Source: Ascidiella aspersa (lineage: Eukaryota). Taken from it: 64,000 nucleotides of DNA. Under the pieces are notes generated by a model that had not been told where the DNA came from, made no database searches, and saw nothing but the letters and a program-made list of their open reading frames with translations. A program made the position numbers and the translations under genes. Positions 53,201 through 62,628 of the stretch are shown piece by piece (position 1 is the first letter of the stretch; every line of letters starts with the position of its first letter). The stretch is from assembly GCA_963924565.1 (NCBI GenBank), contig OZ004610.1, forward strand, positions 29,698,001 to 29,762,000, in the 5' to 3' direction.

Positions 53201-56200
53201 GCACGAAGTTAGGACTGCTATGTATTTTTTATGGAGCAAAAATGAAACCATACAATAAACCTGCGAAATTCCTTCGAAAAATTTATAGCCAAAAAACGGT
53301 TGCTGCAGCATTTTCAATGTAAACAATAGAACGATTCTTTCCAGTTGAACAACTTCACCGGCTTTGACACAGAAAGAAGTTTTTTTTTTTTTCGTTTTCG
53401 ATGCCACATGATCGTGACCGAAACCGTTCATTTTGAAGCATTTTCGCCTGAGTTTCAAAACGCGGCTTTAGTTGTATCTTAACGCTGCTATTTTTTCGCG
53501 CAGTGACTACCCGCCATCGAGCCTCATGATTCAATCCAAGAAGGAAAAACCGAAAAAGGAATACAGGTTGGTAATATTTCTATTTTGCCTCGGGGGAAAA
53601 TAAAATTTCAATGCAAAACTCGTTTTATCACCTTTAAAAGATCAAGGTTTTTGTCTATTTTTATATATATATTGGAGTTAAGAGTTGTCGCTTACGTCAT
53701 ACGACTATAAAGAGAGCCACAAAACTCTTCTAAAATGGCCATTTGCCTGTCATTATTCTCCACAGGTGAGAGTAGAAGCAAAACTTACGCGAAATCCCCC
53801 GCTGTAATTATCGCTGGGAATCCCACAGAAAGAAAAATGATTACATTCGTTTTTTCTGCAAATTGGACAATAATCATCCTGACCTGGCCTTCTGTTTGAT
53901 AGCCTTGTCGCTGAAACCGCATTTTCGACTTGTGTTCTGAAATCGAGACCCAATTAATGTGTGTTGAATATTTAGGGTCCTGTTGCTGGAACAGCAACAC
54001 CACGTACCAATTTTTTTCCATAAAACTACATACATATACGTTCTTTCAGAAAAATCACCTTTAGCGATAGTTCACGCCAAAAAACTTACCGCTTGTTGGA
54101 GTTGTTTTCCCATTTCCACCCCTGGTGCTTGATGGCCTGGCTATTTTACCACTTTACTATACGATACTGAAATTTATACATTTCAAACGGAGAAGCATCT
54201 TTAGCGATTGTTCAAACTTAAAAAGTAACTCATTTCAGAGATACGTATTTTCACTCAGGTGCCTGTTAGCTGGTTTGCCACTCAGCAATGCTACACTCTT
54301 AACCTAAAAAGGCTTCTATACATTCTAAAGGAAGTCAGCGCCTTTGCGATACCTTAATCTTAATCAAACGAAAAACTGATAGTAATTCATCCTGTATTTT
54401 CTACCACAGGTGCCTTTTGAGTCTACCTAGCTTTACCACTCAGCAATACTATACTGCCATATAAACGCTTTTATACATTCGAAAGGAAAAGTCAGCGCCT
54501 TTAGCGACACCTCGATCTTAAACAAACGCAAAACTGATAGTAATTCTGTATTTTCCCACAGATGCGAGTACTGTAGCAAGTTGTTCGGTCGCCAACAGCA
54601 CCTGAAGCGACACATCCTCACCCATACCGGGGAGCGGCCCTACCCCTGCCAATACTGCGACAAGCGATTTCGCCGATCCGAGCATCTTAAGGTATGTTTT
54701 AGGTCTAAGTCGTTCGTAGGTTGTCCGACCTGTTGGCGCGCCGCTGCTGTGAAACGGAAGCCATCTTGGTTCCGAAGCCTGCGCTTTAGTATATAATATA
54801 ATATGGACTTAGTTTTACTAAAAAGAAGCTCTTCCGAAACTGTTTTATTTTCTCCCAACGTGTCAACTGCCCATACAAAAAAAACAATAAGTACCCGAAG
54901 AGCTACTGTGGTATACTAGCCTGGTAGCAACAGCATATTTTAATTTTGTGTAAAAATAGGTTAGGCGCTATTCGTTGTTTTTTTTAAACTGCAAATAAAT
55001 TGCCTACGCTTATCTTAAATTTTCCTATTATATTCATATCAAAAAGTCTTATGTTGAATAATGTTTTCTATTTTCATTCATTTGTTTATTTTTGTGCACA
55101 CTAACATTTTGTCGTTCTTTAGCACCACCTAGTGAGCCACGAGAACATGGTCGGATTCGTGAGCCCGCCAGTACGCAAAAGGTAAGTCGAAATAAAATTT
55201 CTTCAAATAACTCAATGAAACATGCACACACATTTGTGGTTAGGTGTGTTAACGACTGTGACCTAGCCCTTTGCTTTTTGACCAACGATTACGGCTTACG
55301 TATCATTAGTAAACCGAAAGCCATCGCAGACATGCCGAATCTGTCGATCAATGATGCAAGCAAGGCAGGCAAGAAAAACTAGCCTGCAGTGAGACTCGAA
55401 CTTACGACCTCCTATAAATCACGTTCGAGTCTTCCCCACGATGTGTTGCGTAACATCAAAATGATATTTGCCAATTGCGCGTGCTTAATCGCCTTAATGC
55501 GTCGTGGAACGTTTTTTCTGCCGGTTTCATTGTAATGACCAACATGACCTAACATTTAAAGTGTTTTCTTGCACGCTTTAATGGCCATGAACAAGGGCTG
55601 AATAGTTTAAAGGCCTTGCGGAGCCTAATTCGTTGTTTATTTTCTATGTTCTGCAGCACGAACACCCCAACAAGCAACACACCCCGTTACTATATCTCAG
55701 TGTTGTAAAGTTCCAGTCAAGTAATTCGTATAATAACTTAAATTTTTGAGTAAATAACAAACCAGCTCTCAGTTCAAGTCATCGGTTGCCCAAGTCAAGT
55801 CCCAGTCAAGTCAATGACTTAAGTCATTACTACACTGGCTATATCTGTAATTTTAACCCATGTCATAAAAATAACCGACTCTTCTTAACGCTTGTTTGTG
55901 ACGTCACAGGATGAAGCGCGATCGCGAGGACGCGGTGTCGCTGTCAAAGCTGATGATCGACCAGTACGGACAAATGCACGACGCTGATCGCCACTTGAAC
56001 GGACCGGTCGTTCTTCCATCCATGTACAGCGACATTCCCGACCGACAGAGGTGAGAGACATGAATAAAACAAAAGACAGTTTTGCGTTTTAGCAAAACGT
56101 TTACAACGGATAAAACCACAAGGTTCCACGAGACAAACATTTGAAATGTTTGCAAATACTTTAAATCACGATATGAAGATTTAACCAACGTTTCTGCAAC

Positions 56201-58323
56201 CTATGCAAATCTCCTCTGGTAATTGTAATTCTTGACCAACGTTTCTGCAACGATACATTGCTATGCCTGGTAGCAACAATTTATATGAAGAGTAAATGTC
56301 TGGGAAATAAAAAAGAAAAATGAAAGGTAAAAGTCTGGGAAACAAAAAAGGGGAAATGAAAGTAGAATGTCTTTATCAGTTAGTAATTAATGATCAATCA
56401 CAAGTGGTGGTTACAACAAGTCAGTTCGTTATTCAAATAGGTTACAACAAGTTAGTTCGTTATTCAAACAACAATCAATAAAGGTTAACTCTCAATTTTT
56501 TAGAAACATGATAATTTGACTTAACCCACATGCATTAATCAGTTCTATTAATACGCCCAAACCTAACAATTACCCAGCTGCCGAAAGCAAACTGTTTCCA
56601 ACCTGATATTCACCAACATTTCGCAAGTTGCGAAAACCCAACATTCACAAGTTCGCAATAACCAACTTTTCCATTTTACCTGCGCAGCCCTTCCGACAAG
56701 AACGGTCTGTTCAACGGCAGTAACGGCCACTACCAAACCAACGGTGACACGATTGACGACCGATCCAACAGTCCAGGCGAGTCGGCCCTCATGACCGCTC
56801 TCAACCTGAGCAGGGCGCCCAAAGGTAAGCCTTCCAAGCTTGTTTTCGATACTTAGTTTTGGTAAAACAAAGCTCTTGAGCAATTAGTAGACCGAAAGCC
56901 ATCGCAGACTGACCGAATCTGTCGATCAATTATTATGCAAGCAGTTGAAAAACAACTAGCCCGCAGTTAGGTTCGATTTCACGACCTCCTGCTATACCGG
57001 GACCGTCGCCCTACCAACTAAGCTACACAAGCTAAGTGAGGGAGCAAGTAGAGAAACAACCATACGCCAATGCTTGCTACATGCTACATTTTGTTAGTAC
57101 GAGCAACTTCACAGTACCATATCATTGAGCAACTCTTACAATTTATCTTTGTAAATTGCCGTATTTGTCTAATTCTAAATAAAGTAATCAGGTGACACTA
57201 TATAAAGACAAAATGTATTGAATTCTCGACCAGCTTTCGCTCAACCATGCTTCTGATGAACTTCTTCTGATGAAGCACGATTGTGCGAAAGCTTTTCGAG
57301 AATCAACACAATTTGTCTTTATATAGTGACACCTGATTAACCTCTTTCAATTTAGGCTCCGTTTAATTAGAAGTTTAACCTGTTTTTCTACGTAATTATT
57401 TTTTTCCTTTTGTTGGAAAATATATTTAAAACGCGGTTTAAAAGTGTTGCTGGTGTACCTTGATTTAAGTTTAACCCGATAAAATTGTACAAAAGTTTAG
57501 AGCAAGGTGTGAGGTAGGTTTATAACGTATGAAGTACATAACATAGAAATGGCAATTGTAACGAATAGTTACAGGCGAGGGCAAGGTTTGTTTTTATTTT
57601 TATTAGTTTGGTAGAAATGCGCGCTCTATTAAGTTAAATCCGCGCTGGGTGAACGTTTTACTTTATTTTTTGTCGTCAAATTGTTAAACAACTTTGATAA
57701 TAAAAAGTGAACCGCAACCCGAATTCTGCAGGGATTTGTAAAAAAAAAAAAAAATTTCAGCCTTTTATTTACGATTCGATTTGAACCCAAATTAACCTTG
57801 GATTTTTTTCACAAGGACAAGAAGACGCTTCGCCTCAAAATCTGTCACGTGACTCGGATGAAAAGCACGACAATAGCGCCGGTGGGACTTCCCCTAAATC
57901 GGAATCCAACTCCGTGTGCTTCGACGAGGTAAGAAAAGCAACATTAAAAATAATATTAGGAATAAACTGTCTATAGCTCGCATGGTTTCTAATTGAAAAT
58001 GCGAAACATTTTTTGGTTTGATTTGAACTTTGTTGTTTAACTATTTAAAGACTCCCAATTTCATGTTTCTAAATGTTACATTTTTGTTATACTTTTGAAC
58101 GTTGTTGTACTATTTAGAAACTTTCAGTTTTATGTTTTCAAATGTTTTATTTTTTCATACTTTTGAACGTTGTTGTTTTACTATTTAAAGACTCTCAACT
58201 TATGTTTCTAAATGTTACGTTTTTTCGTTTTTTGTTATGCAGAACCCTAGCATCATCGGAATGGAAGGCAGCGAGGTGCTTACGAGTGACCTCAAGCGGT
58301 TAATTGCTGCCATGGACGAGTGA
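8173..58323 (+). CDS. BTB/POZ plus 2x C2H2 zinc-finger transcription factor, ZBTB8/ZBTB10/ZBTB46-like; 15 coding exons, 607 aa
   Basis: Exons 8173-8253, 8416-8504, 8834-8975, 39758-39958, 43459-43680, 44483-44602, 50003-50084, 51252-51414, 53504-53566, 54562-54691, 55123-55181, 55910-56050, 56688-56824, 57816-57928, 58243-58323 are all GT-AG and phase-compatible, total 1824 nt. BTB: HPSSLLLGLNEQRLKGALCDITIRVQGHLFKAHINVLAS...ILDFVYTSQL...VMQVMCSACYLQI. Fingers: CEYCSKLFGRQQHLKRHILTH-TGERPY-PCQYCDKRFRRSEHLKHHLVSH. Subfamily call is from recalled similarity. Confidence 0.92.
8416..8504 (+). CDS. ZBTB exon 2 (BTB)
   Basis: GALCDITIRVQGHLFKAHINVLASAMGYF(R). Confidence 0.95.
8834..8975 (+). CDS. 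ZBTB exon 3 (BTB)
   Basis: DLFCKPT...GFSKILDFVYTSQLCLSQSTVMQ; donor CAG|GTATTG. Confidence 0.95.
14079..14314. mobile_element. hAT-type MITE (degenerate)
   Basis: cactggttctcaacc ... ggttgaggattactg ends; flanks gtgaaagc / gtttaagc. Confidence 0.6.
14653..14924. mobile_element. hAT-type MITE
   Basis: cagtaatctc ... gagaccactg ends; exact 8-bp TSD ctttaggt on both sides. Confidence 0.8.
14990..15800. promoter_or_regulatory. GC/CpG-rich intronic island (enhancer or internal promoter)
   Basis: GC boxes, (CA)n tracts, TATA-like ATATATAGG near 15290, TTTTATGG, ACAATGG and ACAAAGG motifs. Confidence 0.45.
15905..16022. repeat. Minisatellite, 34-bp unit, about 3.5 copies
   Basis: cccatgtttcaaacaactgttgaaaagtaataca repeated head to tail. 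Confidence 0.9.
18638..18683. repeat. Mostly alternating purine-pyrimidine (CA/CG) tract
   Basis: gcacgcacacacactcacgcacacgcgcgcacatacgcacgcgcgc. Confidence 0.7.
18811..19252. mobile_element. Degenerate hAT-type MITE
   Basis: cagtggttcttaaact start, ...tacccactg end, AT-rich interior; TSD not preserved. Confidence 0.45.
20035..20412. repeat. Diverged tandem duplication, about 200-bp unit
   Basis: gatttgg.agtcggg..tgtacacacacaaa..gtacaaggccc ... caatttggccgaa ... aaaaacttaaga occurs twice. Confidence 0.8.
21786..21876. repeat. Tandem duplication, 49-bp period (42 bp identical)
   Basis: ttatgggacgcgctttatatagcattggcttatatgtgaccc twice. Confidence 0.92.
26870..27112. repeat. Diverged tandem duplication
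   Basis: tgcgcgcgctaag.tttcct.tgcc...cattatc and tctaggggcggaaatt each occur twice. Confidence 0.75.
27350..27775. repeat. Diverged tandem duplication, about 220-bp unit
   Basis: agtcct.tttttg...ccgaactgt...ttcggtcttatg.ctgga...cgttatt.tgcc twice. Confidence 0.75.
28474..28527. repeat. 22-bp tandem repeat
   Basis: tcgcgacttcggcaaaccacg x2.4. Confidence 0.85.
32200..32820. promoter_or_regulatory. GC/CpG-rich intronic island (enhancer or internal promoter)
   Basis: Very high GC; contains TTCCCACA (reverse of the CSL/Su(H) site TGTGGGAA) near 32570. Confidence 0.45.
35727..35936. mobile_element. Degenerate hAT-type MITE
   Basis: cagttgttctcaat ... attgaaaatcactg inverted ends. Confidence 0.5.
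39505..39637. mobile_element. Foldback MITE-like element (related fragment at about 21145-21200)
   Basis: aagaataccagagcccataaagaagtaggtttcattttgaacgtttc ... gaaacgtccaaaatgatacctacttctgtacgggctttgttattctt long imperfect inverted repeat. Confidence 0.7.
39758..39958 (+). CDS. ZBTB exon 4 (end of BTB plus Q-rich linker)
   Basis: VMCSACYLQIPYVVEKCQEFIS...STAQQ; acceptor ttttttgcacag, donor CAG|GTTAGT. Confidence 0.93.
43459..43680 (+). CDS. ZBTB exon 5
   Basis: NASASASLTLLSQLNRAS...DHDEQQ, phase 0/0. Confidence 0.88.
44483..44602 (+). CDS. ZBTB exon 6
   Basis: ECELINTPPSPGG...KDSSKQ, phase 0/0. Confidence 0.8.
45375..45708. mobile_element. hAT MITE, same family as 59776-60070
   Basis: taggggttcttaaa ... 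ttcaagaacccctg; TSD gtctagac / gcctagac; internal blocks shared with the 59776 copy. Confidence 0.85.
46995..47290. repeat. Diverged tandem duplication
   Basis: tcagtgat...gtttgtacgccgcgc and gcaacttattcaagttt each occur twice. Confidence 0.7.
50003..50084 (+). CDS. ZBTB exon 7
   Basis: VMVKQEYEMGNNDDYISDMNRDAGDGR, phase 0/1; VKQE SUMO consensus. Confidence 0.85.
51252..51414 (+). CDS. ZBTB exon 8
   Basis: DLQESIDHSSLAAYFREKDHW...SPRGL, phase 1/2. Confidence 0.85.
51411..51770 (+). repeat. Tandem duplication (about 175-bp period) starting at the exon 8 donor; contains a tRNA B-box-like motif
   Basis: taaggtgattc..tgctgaccc ... aatcaaaccaactgttgatccatt ... gagattcggctagtttgt.agtgaacactgcgacaatt twice; GGTTCGAACC near 51460. 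Confidence 0.9.
52992..53123. mobile_element. Inverted-repeat remnant, Penelope-like terminus pair
   Basis: About 50-bp arms tgtaaaattgttctt...aacgtttcgacca / tggtcgaaacgttggta...aagaacaattttaca; CGAAACGTTG motif followed by AATAAA. Confidence 0.55.
53504..53566 (+). CDS. ZBTB exon 9
   Basis: SDYPPSSLMIQSKKEKPKKEY(R), phase 2/2. Confidence 0.88.
54140..54561 (+). repeat. Degenerate tandem repeat (about 151-bp period) ending at the zinc-finger exon acceptor
   Basis: ccactcagcaat...tatacattc.aaagga.gtcagcgcctt...aaactgatagtaattc...gtatttt...cag repeated. Confidence 0.85.
54562..54691 (+). CDS. ZBTB exon 10 (zinc finger 1 and most of finger 2)
   Basis: CEYCSKLFGRQQHLKRHILTHTGERPYPCQYCDKRFRRSEHLK. 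Confidence 0.96.
55123..55181 (+). CDS. ZBTB exon 11 (end of finger 2)
   Basis: HHLVSHENMVGFVSPPVRK(R); ctaac branch point, donor GTAAGT. Confidence 0.92.
55305..55412 (-). mobile_element. tRNA-derived SINE, 5'-truncated copy
   Basis: Near-identical to 56883-56990 (ccgaaagccatcgcagac..ccgaatctgtcgatcaat ... acgacctcct). Confidence 0.75.
55698..55837. mobile_element. Short TIR element with AAGTCA-rich interior, 9-bp TSD
   Basis: cagtgttgtaa ... ttactacactg; flanks actatatct / gctatatct; related AAGTCA-rich element ends at about 61853. Confidence 0.7.
55910..56050 (+). CDS. ZBTB exon 12
   Basis: MKRDREDAVSLSKLMIDQYGQ...IPDRQ, phase 2/2. Confidence 0.88.
56688..56824 (+). CDS. ZBTB exon 13
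   Basis: SPSDKNGLFNG...ALNLSRAPK, phase 2/1, donor GTAAGC. Confidence 0.88.
56883..57032 (-). mobile_element. tRNA-derived SINE
   Basis: Minus strand GCTTGTGTAGCTTAGTTGGTAGGGCG (A box) ... GGTCGTGAAATCGAACC (degenerate B box), followed by a non-tRNA tail shared with the 55305 copy. Confidence 0.8.
57185..57339. mobile_element. Penelope-like inverted terminal remnant
   Basis: About 65-bp imperfect inverted arms (taatcaggtgacactatataaagacaaa ... tttgtctttatatagtgacacctgatta) around a hammerhead core. Confidence 0.72.
57262..57302 (+). ncRNA. Minimal type I hammerhead ribozyme motif
   Basis: TTCTT-CTGATGA-A-GCAC-GATT-GTGC-GAAA-GCTTTTC-GAGAA: conserved core, stem II, palindromic AAAGCTTT stem III region, stem I TTCTT/GAGAA. 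Confidence 0.65.
57816..57928 (+). CDS. ZBTB exon 14
   Basis: GQEDASPQNLSRDSDE...VCFDE, phase 1/0, AAG acceptor, donor GTAAGA. Confidence 0.86.
58024..58240. repeat. About 70-bp tandem repeat x3 directly before the last coding exon
   Basis: gaac.ttgttgt..actattta.a.act...atgttt.taaatgtta repeated three times. Confidence 0.8.
58243..58323 (+). CDS. ZBTB exon 15 (terminal coding)
   Basis: NPSIIGMEGSEVLTSDLKRLIAAMDE*. Confidence 0.86.
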   Translation, partial: NPSIIGMEGSEVLTSDLKRLIAAMDE

Positions 58324-59775
58324 CTCTAGGTGGCGCCAGAACTCTCGACTGAGCTTGGCATAAAATCGTCTCCCAGGGAGAACAGGAACGGGCTATTTGC
58401 TGCATTTTCGTTGATTTTTCGTATTTATTTCTTGCTGACAACCCAATGTTATCCAAGTGTACGTGCTTTATTCCCGTTTTGCCGGCATTTTGGGCTTTGA
58501 GTTGCCGTTTTTTCTTTCGTTTGAAGTGTTGAGCACCACATGACCGTAGCAAAAATGTTTAAGAGCGTAGTATGTAAAAAACAAACAGTCCACGACATTG
58601 TTAAGTGAGCCTAGAGTTTTGCAATTTACACTGAAAACAATAGTTGTTTTGAACGTACTTAAATTTTTGTAATTCTTTTCGAACCTGATTTTCCGCATTG
58701 TTGATTGATTTCCATTTGCTTAAAAAACAAGATGTGACCTATAACCCGAATAGACGCAGGTGTCCTTTGTGTAGGCCCGAGTGCACCTCAGATGTATAAA
58801 AAAGCTCACTAAATCGGCCACTATAAGGCCAGTGCAATAGCCAACCGCCCCCATAAGTAACCGTACTCTCTCGCGCGTGCTTTATCCGTTTTATTTTCTC
58901 GAAAATGAACGTACTATACGAAGATGCTTTACACTATACTGTTTAAACGCGTTTGTCGCAAAACGCAAAACGTACTCGCCAGTCTCTTACTCTTGTGTTT
59001 ACTTTCTCGCTTTCAAGTGGAAAGGAAGGCTTTATTTTACTTTCGCAGTGTTCGAACAACTTTACGTTTCCGTTTCCTTTTAACTTAAAGTGCGTAACTG
59101 TTGACGTCGAATTCGCTATTGACAGTTTTTTCGTTCAGCAGCTGTTATTTTGCGGTTTTTTTAGACTCTTGTCCGCGTACTACTTACAACAGTATCAGGA
59201 AACACGTATTTTGACGCCAGTTTTGCAAAGGACATTACACGGTTTCGCAAATTTTTGGGGATTTTTTGTTATTTATTGCAATTCGAGGCAAAATCACCCG
59301 TCGGGGTTAAGATTCGGTGCTAACTTTCCCCGCTTCTATTTTTACCTATAACCAGAAAAACAACCGCGGCAAAAAAAAGTAACCGATCGGTGTTTATGTT
59401 TTTTCATGTACATCGCTTTCTCGTTTACCGAAGCGCGAGGTAAGTTTTTTTGTTTTTTTTTAATATCGTTCTTTCTTTTTTTTTCCTTTTCCTGTGTAAA
59501 TTGATGATTGACGTTTTCGCTGTCGTGGTTTCCGAATATCCGATCGTGTACAACTACTTACTCACTTACTTACTTACTACAACAACCTGCGCGTTTTCGT
59601 TCTTTTCTTGCTTCTTTTTTTATGTTAAAGTTCGCCCAGGCGTCGCATTATATACACAAATACAATGCTAAACAAAACGAAAGCCAAAAACGACGTGTTT
59701 TTGTTGACTTGGCTTCGAAACACGCACAGATGCATTTGAAATCTAGACCGGTTAACCTATAGAGTGATAATAGAG

Positions 59776-60070
59776 CAGGGGTTCTTAAACTGGGGTCCAT
59801 GTACCCCTTGGGGGTCCGTGAACTAATTTCAGGGGGTCCATGAAGGCCAAATTGAAATATTAGTGTACGTTTAAAAAGTAATCAAATTAAAAAAACAAGT
59901 TTAATTAAAAATAAAACGTTTTACCACTAAATGCAACACATTTCTGACAGGCTATTTGATTGTGACGGCAATTTATGACGTCATTTTTAATAATTTATTG
60001 CCTACAGGGGTCCACGTGAAGCAAAAAATAATTTTAGGGGTCCGCGGTGAAAAAAGTTTAAGAACCCCTG
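59776..60070. mobile_element. hAT (Buster/Charlie-like) MITE, intact ends
   Basis: Perfect 16-bp TIR CAGGGGTTCTTAAACT and exact 8-bp TSD taatagag. Confidence 0.93.
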
Positions 60071-62342
60071 TAATAGAGTGATAATTATACTAAAATACAA
60101 CTCTTCCGGCGAACAAGATGGAGGCACAAATATTGTGGCCGACAGCTCCTAAGTTGTGGTATGTCCGAGGAAAAGTTTTCGATTTTACGATTTTAAAATT
60201 GGATCGGGAAAACAAAGGCGCTATAAAAGAAGAATCTATAAAAAAAATTCCCTAAACAACTTTCCACAAAGCAAATCAGTTGGCCAAGTCGTTGCAATGC
60301 TTATAACTAAGGGACTCAAGGCTGCAAACCGATAGTAATACACATAGGCTTAGGTAGCAAGTAAGCTTTGGTATTTCAGCTCTTTAAACAAACGCTGAGC
60401 ACAATTGGGTGCGTAATAATCATCAAGCCGTCCAAACTAAATAAAATTAAAGCGTTACTCCCCCTTTATTATACAAAAATCATAACAGCTTCCCTAAAAA
60501 AGTTTCCTTAATTAAGTTTGTGGAACAGAGAAGGAGTGCAACACCCCAAAACAACAATCATATTTTTATACTTGACAAGTGGTAAAACAAAACTGTCCTT
60601 TATACACACCAGGTAGCGGCAAAGAGTATCGTAGATCAAATGAATATTATCCGTAGATCATTAAAATCAGAAAGCGCATCAGTTTTTTAAAGAAGACGAC
60701 TTCCGGCCTTTAGAAACTAATTTTTGGAACACACTCTAAGCCTGGGTTTATCAACCAGTGGTGCGAGAACTTTTTCAAAGGGGTGCGAGTTTGCTGATTC
60801 AGACACGTAAAATATGTATTACTGTAATTTATTTCTTTGCTCAATTAAATGTAAAACTATAACTCACATTTTGTGATTGTGTTACTAGGTTATCAGTTTT
60901 ACTTGTACAAAAATAAAATTATAACGGTTATGTTATTTAGGCAATTCTGGGAGGAGGGCCGAATTGGTTGGCGATTTGAAAGGGGGGACAAGGAAAAAGG
61001 TTAAGTACCACTGCTAAGAGCCTTAAACACACTCGTATCTTGCACAGGTTCCCATGGAAAATAATCGAAGTGTCTGGGCACGCTAAAGGTATATAACTTT
61101 GTTTAGTATCGATTACGGCAATTAAATTATCCTGGTCGTGATGCAGGCAACCCTTGTAAAACCACCGGGTACTTTACGAAGATTGTGTTTTGTATCGCCA
61201 CGTTGACTATCGATTGTTATTTAAGGAACTTTCCTTGCAACTCACAACGAAATCTATGCGCTGGCTACGCTTTTTGCAAACGCGATTATTGCCCGGTTAG
61301 TGGCATTTTGTGGAGTTCTACACTAGCTGGAGAAACAGTTTTTTTTTCTTATTTTTCTTACTTATTTATGTTAAAATGGCCTTATTTAAAGATGGCAATG
61401 CAGTTGATCCGTATTCGTTGAATATAGTTATGAACAAGTCATTTTTAAATAACTTTTGTCCATTCAATTCATTTGTAAAATAAATTTAAGTCCAAATCAC
61501 ATCACTTGCAAAAAATAACAAGTCAATTCCAAGTCAATTAATTTACTTTAGAATAGAATTACACTATTAAAATGGGTTACTCCGATCTTAACCAGTGTTT
61601 TGAATAAAAAAACATTTTAGGTAAATTCAAATGGTTTTCCCCATTTTTCAAAAGACTTAAATCAAGTCCAGTCGATTTGCCCCTAAAACGTTAGTTAATT
61701 TAAGTCATTTATTAAAAAAAATATTACCGTAGAACAATTTTACAATTGATACAACGCCTGAGAGGGACAGTATATTCATTAAGTCAAATTGTTTCACAAC
61801 AGTGACTTAAGTGTACCTGAGTAAAGTCATTCAATTAAGTCATTATAATACTGGCGACAACGATAGTAGCAATACATCAACTTCACTGTACACCGGTATA
61901 AGGTATACCGCTGCACAGCGCAACAAAAATAACACGGAAACGTTTGGTCATGACAAGAGGCGTTGGTATTATTTTGTAACTTCCAGTGTAGGCTACAGAC
62001 TGTCAGACTAGCATACACATTACACAGTGTTGTAGAGTTGGGCTATTTGATAATCCTAAATACTACATATTTTGTTTAATATTAGTTGGAAGATATTTAG
62101 GCCGCAAACGTCATATTGACTTACATAATATACAAAGTTTACTAACCAACTACAAGCAAGAGTACAATTCAAAATTAGATCATTTATGAAAAAGTTTTTG
62201 AGTGGTCTGTAGGTATCAGATAAAAACCACGACGTGCGATTTGACTATATTGCTTTCTTATCTAATTTACGGTTGGCGCAAGGCGTTTATCTGATTCTTA
62301 AATGATGCAACATTTCAAAGATGACAATTGGGCAGTGTAGAC

Positions 62343-62628
62343 TAGTGATTCTCAAACTGTGTGCCGCGAGAGATTGTCAAGTGTGCCGCAAAACATTTTG
62401 TAATTTCGGAAAAGAGAGCATTTATCAATAGACATACACGCAAGCATTTTGGACTGAAATACGCACTATTCATTACAAATTATGTTAATTTGGAGATATT
62501 AACATATAATTTGTCGTATGTTAAGGGCGATTGTAAAATTAATATATTGTGGTTCTGTTAAAAGTGTGCCGCGAAATATCAAATATATTTTTAGTGTGCC
62601 GCGTATCCAAAAAGTTTGGAAACCACTG
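62343..62628. mobile_element. hAT MITE
   Basis: tagtgattctcaaact ... agtttggaaaccactg; TSD gtgtagac / gtatagac; subterminal gtgtgccgc repeats. Confidence 0.85.

Noticed and set aside
56960-57032. tRNA gene
   Set aside because: B box is degenerate, no clean cloverleaf, and the non-tRNA tail recurs at 55305; it is a SINE
60741-61013. Additional hAT MITE
   Set aside because: Right end (ggttaagtaccactg) is plausible but left end and TSD are ambiguous, so it was not called
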